Positions 10,651 through 21,678 of a DNA stretch of 64,000 nt are shown here, in pieces. The stretch lies in NCBI GenBank assembly GCA_051294375.1, contig CM119263.1, forward strand, positions 5,906,382 through 5,970,381, in the 5' to 3' direction. The stretch's first letter is position 1, and every line of letters starts with the position of its first letter. The translations under genes were made by a program, and so were the position numbers. Source of the stretch: Paraspadella gotoi (lineage: Eukaryota > Animalia > Chaetognatha). The notes under the pieces are model-generated. The model was given only the letters and a program-made list of their open reading frames with translations, made no database searches and had not been told where the DNA came from.

Positions 10651-13600
10651 CATCCCCACCAACCTTTGACCGGTGGGAGAAGGCTTGAAAAGGTTATTGG
10701 ATTGCGTCGTCGGTTTCGTCGTCGTCTCCGGCGGCTGAAGCATCGTCGGAAGGAGTTGATAAAACCCGGATTGATGAAGATTGTCGACGAGCAACTTGCG
10801 GCGTCGTGGAAACGCGAGTGGCGCCGCTTCCGTTTCTGGAGCGGGGCATAGATGGAGCTGCTGAGACGCGCGGGCGACATGTGGTCGCGCCTGCGGTGGA
10901 TCAGGGAGTGCAACTTCCGTTTCGTGGACGAGCTGCTGAAGCACGCAGGGCGACCACATGGTCGCGCCTGCGGTGGTTCAGGTGGTGCGACTTCGTCGGT
11001 GACGCAAGGTTTTCAGTCGATCAACCGGAGATCACTTGACGCCGCGGCCCGGTATTTCGATTTTGAAAGTTTTGGGACAGTTCGAGGACGTTGTAAGGGC
11101 CGTCGTAAGGTGGTTGGAGCGGCGTCGAATGTCCGTCGCGTCGGACGTAGACGCGGTCGGCGTCAGCGAGCATTTCCGGCACATGAGAGGGTGGCGCCGC
11201 ATGCCAAGCGGCGGGCAGAGGCTGCATGTGAGCAAACATCTGCACGGAGATTGTCGAGTTCGCGCGCGGGGCGGCGTCACGTCGTTGTTGGGACCGGAAG
11301 TAGCTCTCCAGGAGCGTCAGAGTCTGCCCAGCGTTAGCTCTGCGGGGAGGCGTCCGAATCTTCTCGCGGAGTTTGCGCGGAGGTCAAGAGAGTCCATGGA
11401 AGCTGCGCCAGCCAGTTATGTCCGGTGGCGTCGCAGTGGGCGCGCAGGGCTGTCTTTAGCGTCCGATGAAGGCGTCGACCATTTCCCGTTGGATTGGGGT
11501 GGTAGGGGTTGTCGTGAAGGGGTCGAAGCCAACTACCGCCGGCCACTTGGCGCCACAATTCCGATGTGATTGGGGCGCCACGATCGGTTGGTGACAACGG
11601 AGGGGACGCCAAAGCGAGAGACCCAGTTTTTTGCAAGAGGCGGCGGCGACGGAGGCGGCGAGGTGTCACGAAGTGGTGCCGCTTCCGGCCAGGTGCGTGA
11701 AGCGGTCAATCATCGTCAGAGATGAGTATGACCAGAGACGGCTGGCAGCGGTCCCACCAGGTCGATATGGACGTGAGCGAAACGTTTGGCTGGTGGTTCA
11801 ATTTCTGGAGCGGCGCGCGGACGTGGCGCTGCGTCTTGGCGCGCTGACAAGTGTCGCATGACGCTGGCCCATCGTGCGATGTCGGATGAGCTGATGGCCA
11901 TACGAAGCGCTCGTCACGAGCTTTTTAGGATGCCGCGAACTACGGATGAGCGATGCCATGGGTGGCGTCGAAAACGCGCCGGCGCCATGACGCTGGAACA
12001 AGTGGGCGTGCCCGGGAGCCGGAGACATCACAAATGAGTGTTCGTGTTGCTGATCGGGACAGTTTTGAGACGGAGCGCCGTATGAGGGTCGTTGAGGAGC
12101 CGCTGGACATCGTCATCAGGGCTTGATCAGCCCCCATTGCCTCGAGTTGACTTGGAGGGCGCCGATGGCGTTGACGGTGGCGGGCAATGTCCTCACGCTC
12201 CTTTCTGCGCGTTCGAGCTCGCTTCAGTCGATCTGACGTTGCGGTGCTGGCGGAGGAGCTGGCGGGCGAAGAGAGGGCGTCGGCGACGACGTTCGCCTTC
12301 CCGGCGATATGACGGATGTCGGCCGGTGTATTCGGCGATGCCCGCCAACTGGAGGTTTGCCTTCATGGGTGTAGGTTCTGCCTTCTTCCGCAGCGCCGGC
12401 ACAAGCGAGATGTGATCGCTGAAAGCGTGAAGCGGCGTCCTTACGACATAGGGCGAAATGGCGGATCGATGCATGAGCAGCGAGAAGCTCCTTGTCGAAT
12501 GGCGCCATTTGCGCTGGTTTGGTTCAGTGGTTTGGAGTGGAACCCAAGGGTTGCCACTGGCCTTCGACGAGCTGTTCGAGGACGGCGCCGACGGCGACGT
12601 CGGAGGCATCGACTGTCAGGGCGAGAGGGGCGCCGTCGATCGGATGGACCAGCATGTGGATCGGCGAGGGCGTCCTTGATTGCCTGGAAGGCGCGTCTTG
12701 CGGGCCGCCAGTTTTGCGGCGCGGTATTTCCGCGGAGAACTTCAAGGAGAGGTCGAGATGATGTGCAGCGTGGGGCACGAATCGGCGATAGTAGTTGAAA
12801 ACCCAAGGAAACGTTGAAGTTCTTTGACACTAGTGGGCGTGGCCATCTCGCGTAATGCCTCTACCTTCGACGGAAGAGGGCGGACGCCATCCTTGTCAAC
12901 GATGTAGCCCAGAAACTCCAGGCTCGGAGGAACCGAAAACGCATTTAGCCGGGTTGACGATAAGGCCGTTGTCGGCGAGCGCGTTGAAGACGCGCTTGAA
13001 GATCCTCTTGATGCTCTTCGTGTGATGAGATGCCACCAAGAAGTCATCTAAGTAAACGAAGACGTGGGGAATGGCCGCTTAGAACTTGGTCCATCATGCG
13101 TGTGGAAGTCCTGGCCGGCGTTTTTCAACCCAAACGGCATGAGAGAATCATAAAGGCGAACGGCGTGATGATCGCCGTTTTGTGGCGATCTTCTTTCGCG
13201 ACAGGGAATCTGGATGATATCCTTGCAAGTCGATCTCGAGAAGACTGTCTTCCCGCGACGTCGGCGTTGAAGTCCATGAGGTGACGGATCGGGTAACGAT
13301 CGTCGACGGTCAGTCGCCACATGGAACGAGAGAGCCATCTGGTTTTCGGGTGACATGTGTAGCGCGACGCCCACGCAGACGTGAGCGTCCGGATAATCCC
13401 GAGTTCCAGCATTCTCGAACTCGGCCTTGGCGGGCGGCGAGCTGATCGGGGGCGAGGCGGCCGGGTCGGGGCAAGACGGGCGGACCTTTCGTCGGTATGT
13501 GATGCTCGAGCCGTGCTTGGGTGGCGCCGAGTGAAGACGAGTTTCGTTAGTTCCGGTCGCCCGTCGAAAGTCCGGAAGTAGGCGTCGCGGACGTGCAGGA

Positions 13601-15656
13601 CGCGGGGCGGCGCAGCGGCGGCGGTCGTGAGCATGCAGTTATGACCATGTAGTCGTCGAGATCGAGAGTATTCGGCGTTGGTTGATCAACGCCGAGATGA
13701 TGCTCCATCAAAAAGTCGGCCGCCGAGAATGGGCGTGGCGACGTCGGCGATGATGACGAGAAGGAAAAACGCGTTTCCCAATCTAATCCTCATCTCTTGG
13801 ATGCCGAAATTTCGATGGGCGTGCGTTAGCGGCGCGGAGTGGCGGGGCGTTAGCGGCGGCGAGCGCCGCTTTGACGGCGGCTGGGTCGCCTTTGCGGCGG
13901 CGTGGTCCAGCGGCAGAGGCGGGGATGAGCGTCGCCTCTGAGCCCACCGTCGACGAGGCCACTCCAGGCAGCGTCAGGGTTCCGCGCACTAAGAATAGCT
14001 TCGAGTCGTTTCGCCAGCGACGCGGGCGACTAGCGGCCGCTCGGCGTTGCTTTGACGGCGCATTGGCAGGGCGGCCATCACGGTTCGTCCGTGGCACTTG
14101 AACGCGTTGGCGCCAAATTGTAGTGGTAGAATAGCACTTGGCTTCTCCCATGGCGGTTCGCGGTGTGGCGGGGAGCGGGCGTTAATGTTGGCGCCGTTGC
14201 TGCTGCGTGCGCTGCTGCGATGGGCCGCTGCTGTGATGGCGCTGCTGTGGGAACGGGGCGCTGCGTGAGCGTGGCGGCGGCCGTCGAACTGCGTTCGCGT
14301 AGGAGATGGCGGCGTCTCAGCGTTGCTGCCGATTCATCTAGAAGCTCCAGTGGCTCGTCCGCTGGGACCTCACTGAAAGTGACGGCGTCACCGAGGAGAA
14401 GCTGCGGGTCGAGCTGCGGAGCTGGCCTGAAGGAAGGAAGAATTCGTCGGCGTTTTGGTGATGTCGGCGGGTTTTTTATCCTTCCTGACAGCGTGTTCCT
14501 GACGCTTTGAGGGAGGAGGCAGCAAGAATGGCAGCTTGATGTGGTCCATGGTGAGACCTTCCAAGACGGCGTCGATAGCGGAGAGGTGCTGGGAAGGAGT
14601 GACGCCTTTCAGTGACGTCATCTCACGCCTTTGCGGCACGTCTGTTGGCGTCCTCACCATAGATTTTCTGCAAGTGGAGAATCAAATTTTTGTAAGTTTC
14701 AGGCCTTCGTCGATGCGGAGACCATGTGGGATTAGCCGGTGGCGGAGATGGGGATGCGCTGAGAATGAGCGCCTTCTTCTCCAGCCGGCTAAGTGACGCC
14801 AGTGGCGCCCGAATTCCACAGCGGCGTGGTCTAGCACTCCTCGATGTGGTCTGGTCGAAGGTCGTCAGCTTGGGATTTCTCCTTCTTGCTGTAGCGGCTG
14901 GAGGGCCGTTGAGAGGGTCGGGTTGCCTGTGGGGTGGCGTCGCTGCGCCGTCTTCCACCGATGGAGGCAACTCCGTTGAAGCGGTGCTTGCATCCGCTGA
15001 GGGAGGTTGGGTCTTTCCGTGACCGCGGCGAGTTTGCTGTTTGATCTCGAAGACCATTTGGAAAAGTCTCTCGATTTGCGATTCCGAGAGGCGTCGCGGA
15101 CGTCGAGGCGGCGGCGTCGTGGAATGCGTCGTCGGCGGCCGGCGCTGTCGGATGGGAGGCGTTGCGCGTGGTCACGGCATCGTCGTTTCTTCTTCGTCGC
15201 GGGCGTGGAGGGCGTGTGACGCTGGGTGATGAGAAACGCGGCATTAAGAAGAAAAAAAAAAATATTATTCCACTTTGAAAAAATTATTTCCTTGAAAAGA
15301 AATATATGATTTGCTTTTTAAAAAATATCCAATTTAAAAAATATTTGTTTTGAAGAGTTGTATTGGCAAAAAACGATTCGAATCGAGAGAATTTAGAGAA
15401 GGGGAAAAAAAAAGAATTTAGCAAAAAAACGCGTAAAAGTTTTCTTTCTGAGTAGATTTAAATTAAAAAATTAATTTAAAAAAATGGTTTTGGATTAAAA
15501 AATTGGTTCGGCGATAAACGCGCGGAGTTTGTTTCGTTTTTGTTGAGAAGTAGTTTTCCTTTTTGTTTAGTTTTTTTTTTTTTTGTTTTTTTTTTTTTTT
15601 TTTTTTTTGTTTCGTTTTGTTTCTTTTTTATATTTTTTTCGTTCGGGCTCACCACG

Positions 15657-15883
15657 TGTGGACGCACAAGTGTTCAGAGTAAGAATGATTTATTCTTCAA
15701 CAACGTATAAACAATAACAGTCAAAATGCTTCAGATGCTAAGTCTATTACAATGGTATTTACAAAGGTCAACGTTGACCATTAAAGGTCAACCGTTTTGA
15801 CCATAAATAAGTTGGGGAAATGAGCGAGGTAAGGTTGGTAAGGTCATGTGGTTTGACAAGGTGCGTTTTAGATGTTCGTCACA
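15657..15883 (-). repeat. 5' LTR
   Basis: TGTGGACGCAC...GTTCGTCACA; PBS lies immediately inside at about 15643-15654. Confidence 0.9.
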
Positions 15884-17313
15884 AAGTTTTAATTCGAATT
15901 TTGAGGTCTTAGTTGATTTGATTTCAAGTGGCAATCCAGCACATTGCTCTGCGTTAAAGAAACTTCGCAGAGTGATCGAAAATTACGAGTATGAGCACGA
16001 CGATGACAACGATATAACTAATACGACGATAAAGAGGAAGAAGACAATGACGACGACAGAGACACATTCTCTCTCTGGTTAGATCGCTAGTAACAATTCT
16101 TTGAGAATGTTGTCGATTATCTTTTACCAAAAACTAAATTCCTTTTAATTATGTCACTTCATCTTCTCCTCCCTCCTTCCGCCCACACTCCCCCCGTTAG
16201 ATTCCTCTTACTCCCCCCTCTCCCCCCTTTTCATTCCTCGGACTCCATTTTCTTTCCAATTTTCCAGATTGGTTCCCGCAATCGCCGCTTGGGGGCTTCA
16301 TAAACAAAGGGCAATCGACTCGACCTGTCGGCGAGAATCCGAACAAAGAATCTTATGACGCTTCTCATGGGTCAATCGTTCCGAGACTTCCCATTGGTCG
16401 AAAAGAATTCGTTTAATTGCTTAACAATTTTTCTTTTTTTTTTTTATTGAAATTGGTAGAATTAAAGATATCTTTATAGTTTAATTTAATAAACAATTCT
16501 TCAATTGGTTACGTAGTAGAGGGAGGAATGCTGCTGAACTCTGAATGAGCGAAATAATACAAGAAGCTGACTTTTATGAAAATGTAACTAACTGTCCTAG
16601 ATTATACCGCCACGCTATCTTTTTATCACTGAACAAATTCGATTCTTCCTATTGGTGATAGACTGTCAAAAGTCGTTGTTCAAAGGAACAGAAAAAGGAG
16701 GAGGAAGAGGAGGAGGAAGAGGAGGAGGAAGAAGAACCCCGTTGATTTATGAAGACGTTTGAATTTCCTCTTCCAAGGGGGGGGGGCGTTGAACATTACC
16801 GTATTTTCTGGTCATGAAGACGGGTCTAGCGAATAGGAGACAAAGGCTTTAGACAAAAAAGGTTATGAGAACCAAGTTGTAGAACAATAGAAGGATAATA
16901 ATAAAAAGAATACTAAGGAAAAAAGAAACATTTTGCGTTAAAAATCTTATTAATTGTATAATTTGTGGTTAGTAATAAAAAAAATTCTTTGTGCTATTAT
17001 TTTCTCAGTTTCGCATTTGAAGATCCGTTCGCGCCGCTATTCATCCATCCATCCGTCCCTCTGTCCGTCCATCGTTTCCGCATCTCTAAAACAAAAGTCT
17101 CCCCTGACACTATCATTCATTTCTCTCGCTTTTCCTTCTCGCCGCTAGAAATGTGATGTCGCTTCCGAGATGAAAACAAGAGAACAACGGAAAGTCAGAA
17201 TTGAGGCCTTAAGTTGAAGAGAGAGTGCGCTCTCTCTCTCTCTCTCTCTCTCATCTCCTCCTCTCGTCTCTCTCTCTCTCTCTCTCTCTTCTTCTCCCTC
17301 TCTCCTCTCTCCT

Positions 17314-17349
<36 letters not shown>

Positions 17350-17482
17350 CTCTCTCTCACTCTCTCTCTCTCTCTCTCCGTCTTTATCTCTATCTCCTTA
17401 CTTTTTTAATCCGTTTGAGGAAACGTTATGATACTAGAGTCTTTACATCTTTGCATCGTGGGGCCCATAAGATTAAAAGCTC

Positions 17483-17548
<66 letters not shown>

Positions 17549-17735
17549 TCTCTCTCTTCTCCAATCGACTTTAGGGAGCCGGGTTTTGGGTTTCGCGCCG
17601 CTTGGCTCTCAACGACCCGCACGGATCGCTCGGTTCTTAGCGCCGCCCGTTCCATCGGCCCTGGACGCCAGAGACCCTTCATGTCAGATTCGAGCCTCTT
17701 TTTGGAGAGAGAGGAGAAGAGAGAAGAGAGAGAAG

Positions 17736-17789
<54 letters not shown>

Positions 17790-18086
17790 CGCACTCTCTC
17801 GTCAAGTCAAGTCAAGTTTTGTGATTTAGATTAACATAGTAAGTAGATTTACAATTAAATTTGGATGTCCTCGAGCTAAACCATTCTCTCTTTGTTTTGC
17901 AAGATAATTTGTTTATATTTTTGTTTCAGGGTTGAGTCAGCCATTAAACATAACAAATTAATACATTTTACGTCTGTTTATAGAAACGAGAAAAACTTCG
18001 GCGCTGAAAGATTTTTAAGTTATGCGTCCGCGTTGTCAGGAAGACGGTTATTAAGAGTGGGGTTATTCCCAACTCAAAATAAAGGG

Positions 18087-18155
<69 letters not shown>

Positions 18156-18217
18156 AGACAAACAGAGGATCGTAAAAACAATGATTAGCCCATCAGTTGG
18201 ACGAGGCCACCGGGAAT

Positions 18218-18316
<99 letters not shown>

Positions 18317-18595
18317 AAGGAAAGGAAGAGAGAGAGAGAGAGAGATAGAGAAAGCTTTAAAGGATGTTAAAAAAACGAAGATGCGTAAAACTATAAAAAA
18401 GATGGGAAACTTGACAAAAATTTAAGCTAAAAATACAATGTGAATATTGAAAGTTGGTTTCAGTATTTTAATGAAACGATATAATATCAATATTATACAC
18501 TGATATATTTTATAGGTTGCAAGGCAACTTATAAGAGACAATATTTACTCCACTCAATTCTTTCATATTTTCTTTTGCTCCACAAATGAACACCT

Positions 18596-19094
18596 TCAAT
18601 TTTTCTTCGGCTCCTCTAACCGAACCCTCCTGTCGAGCCTCTTGGCCTCAGTATCGATGCATCTTCTAAAGGGATACATTCGACGCGACGATCCTTCATG
18701 TCCACATTTGAAGACAATCTGGGCAGTTCTGGGCGGGGGAAGAGGAGGGAGGGGGGGGAATAGAATATTTGATTGCCTTATTAAAATGAATGAAATCAAC
18801 ATGAATTTGATCTTGGTTTTTAACTTTGGACTAGTCATTGGTGGATTGGGGCCTTCCTTCCTTTGCAAGATAAACCGGTGCTAACAATTTCTCACTTAAA
18901 ACTTTTTAATTATTTTTAATTTCGTTCGTGACACTTTTGCCAATGGAATGATTTAAATATCCGGAAAAAAATGGTTATGACTTTCGTTCGCTTTAAATCC
19001 CTAACGTCTTTAGAAAATTAAGACGTCCTTCCCTTTAATCAGGGTTAATGAGTTAAAAACGAAAAGATTTATTGAGTTTAAAAGGCGAAGGTTT

Positions 19095-19166
<72 letters not shown>

Positions 19167-20495
19167 ACAGAGAGACGGTTCACAGACCTGGAGTGAAGGT
19201 CGGCGAGTGAAACTTCGTAATTGTCGTGAACGTAGGACAAAACTGTTGTAAGTTTGTCGTCGAAAATGGCAAGGCAGCGTTGGATGGGTCCGGGACAGAC
19301 CAGAAGAAACTGGAGCTTGACCTCACCTATTGAGCTAAGGTTGGTCGTGTGTAAGTTAGGGTAGTTGTAAGGAATTAAATTAGTGGGAAGTAGAGCCCCT
19401 GATAGATACACAAATTTAAAAATAAAAACGCAATCAACAAAAATCCCACCATAAATTAATTTGCTAGCTCATTTTCTCAGTCACTCACTCACTCACTCAC
19501 TCACTCACTCACTCACTCACTCACTCACCCCATGAACCAAATGTGAATGGTTTGATTGTAGATGCAAGTTCTCCATCTGTTAAATCTCAAAGCCTCAGAG
19601 TCTAAATCGTCTTCGTCATTCTGAGGTCGCGCGATTGAATCCAGCGGAGTCAAACATTTTTCCAAGATGGCGGACATCGTTTCTTCGTATTCTTCCATCT
19701 GTCGGTCGAAGATTCAATTAGTGAATGAAAATTTAATTTATTTAGATAAAAAATTTTTGCATCCCGATTTTTAAAACATATTATATAATCCTTTCTGTTC
19801 CGTTGCGATTTAGAATTGTAGAGAAAGCAAAGTTTTATTTTTGTGTGACAAAACAAGGATTTTATTAGATATTAGCTGACATGTTTCGACATCCCCCTCC
19901 TTCATCTCCACCTTTTCTCTAAAAAGTATTTCTTCTATCGCAAACCTAATCCATCCCATCACCCTGTGAAGGCTGTAGTATTTTCTTTTTATTCCGACAC
20001 CCTGTACCCACCCCGACGCCGAATTTATAAAAGATCTTGGCCTTGGCGAGTAGAATCCCCCTGTAGTAAGCGCTACATTTGTCCGCTGGATTTTTGCGTC
20101 CGCATTGACGAAGGAATTGATCACGAAATGAGTCGGACAGACGGTCACGCCCATCGAGGAGCTCGCGGTAGATCACTCTGTAAATGGGAACATTCAATAA
20201 GAAATGAGATCGCCCCGTAGGTGATGGACGAACGTCTCTCGAACCGGAGAAACAAACGAATAAAGAGGTAAACGTTAAAGATGGCTATCATGTTCTTATC
20301 ACGTCACCTTGTTTTAGCACCGTCGACTGAATATCCTTTGGGAGCCTCCTCCTCTTCCTCTTCCTCCTGCGGTGGCGTCGTCGTTGTTGTTGTTGTCGTC
20401 CTCCTCCAGGAGCGGAAGGAAAAGCGGCGCCTCTGGCCGAAAGCCGACGCTACGAGACAAAGCAGCAGCAGGAAGCAGAACGGAGCAGCGCGCAT
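18596..20495 (-). CDS. Orphan secreted cysteine-containing protein, 4 exons, 224 aa
   Basis: Exons 20495-20308, 20177-19963, 19326-19188 and 18728-18596 have GT..AG boundaries, phases 2/1/2 and total 675 nt. Signal peptide MRAAPFCFLLLLCLVASAFG, then basic, poly-Thr and poly-Glu segments, then about 165 aa with 7 Cys. Confidence 0.75.
19479..19528. repeat. (TCAC)n microsatellite
   Basis: About 12 perfect units. Confidence 0.9.
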
Positions 20496-21678
20496 GCTGA
20501 GTGCGGGCGAAGCTGTTGGTGGAGAGGAGACGCTGAGGGAACGCTGGAGGTGAAATGATAAAATGCGAGAGGATGAAATGTGATAAATTTGAAAATTGAG
20601 AAGTGATAAAAATATCAGAAGTGATAAAAATTCAGTGATGAAACTGAGGGCTTTAAAAATAATTTGAGAGAGAGAGAAGAAAAGAGAAAGAAGATGAATA
20701 AAAATAAGAAGAGAAAAAGACAAAAAAAAAAAAAAGAAAATAAAAAGGGAAATAATTTCGGGGCGAAGGATTTTGAAACGACGCGCGGAAAGAGATGAGA
20801 AGGGGAGAGAATCTTTATGTTTAATTAAAAGAGAAAAAAATATTGAGAAAATTCGAAAAGAATCACGGACGGTAAACATTAGGATTCGTCGTCATCATCG
20901 ATGTCGTCGTCGTCATCGTCGTCGTCGCGGTCTCGATCGTCGGCTTCATCTTCGTTGCCTTTATCGTTGTATATAACCGTCAAGAACATAAACTAAATAG
21001 TAAATACATTTACGAATATTATAATTTTAAATCTAAATTGTGATAAAATGCTATGTAAATTAGGAATCTTAAGTTACTCACCGACCTGAATAATATTGTA
21101 TATGTAGATTCTTTTTTATGACAAAACCATTGAAGAGAGTGACGAGACTATAAGCTCATTTGTCTTCTTTAGTTAACTCCATAAACACTTCCAAAATACA
21201 GAGGCAGCACAGATCAGGACGGTTAAAAAAAAAGACAAAAGATCAGGATCTCAAGTTTAGACTTATAATATATAGATATAATATATAACAAAATATAATA
21301 TATGATATATATCAAATCAAATGTTTTTTTGATTTAATTTAAGATTAAGATTTTTTGTGTGTGTAAAACGGCAGTCTCGACTGGATTTTCGCGGATTTAA
21401 ATATAAGTCATCATAAAAAATATTGAACCAAATAAAATATATAAGAAGCGGTAATATTTTTTTTTTCATTTGCTTAAAAACGCTAAAAAAAATTAACAAT
21501 TACCTTTTTCTCTTTCCATAAAACTTCGCCTAATCTTGTTCCTTTACACAATTTTATTTCAAAAACAAAAATAATTTTTCTCCCTTTAAGTTTTTTTTCT
21601 TATATTTTTTCTGCGCTAATATTTTTTTCGCCAAAAAATTCTCGAACTCCTTAATTAAAAGATCCTTCTGGCCTCACG

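Larger units (their letters stand above)
10430..15883 (-). mobile_element. Full-length Ty3/Gypsy LTR retrotransposon, CsRn1/Kabuki/Boudicca-like, frameshifted throughout
   Basis: Two ~220-bp LTRs with TG..CA ends and a 4-bp TSD AAGT (10426-10429, 15884-15887). PBS TGGTGAGCCCGA resembles tRNA-Trp. PPT-like GGTTGGTGGGGATG precedes the 3' LTR. Frame-broken motifs: Gag C-x2-H-x9-C (CxYHxxFGANAFKC), RT (KTAIITPF, MPFGLKNAGQ, LEFLGYIV), RNase H (LTVDASDVAVGAVLEQ, KELLA), integrase (RFAHVHIDLVGPLP, YHP, PYDGPY). Confidence 0.93.

Noticed and set aside
10554-15244. Dozens of overlapping GC-rich ORFs suggesting a bacterial or horizontally transferred island
   Set aside because: All are explained as frameshifted gag-pol fragments or antisense frames of the LTR element.
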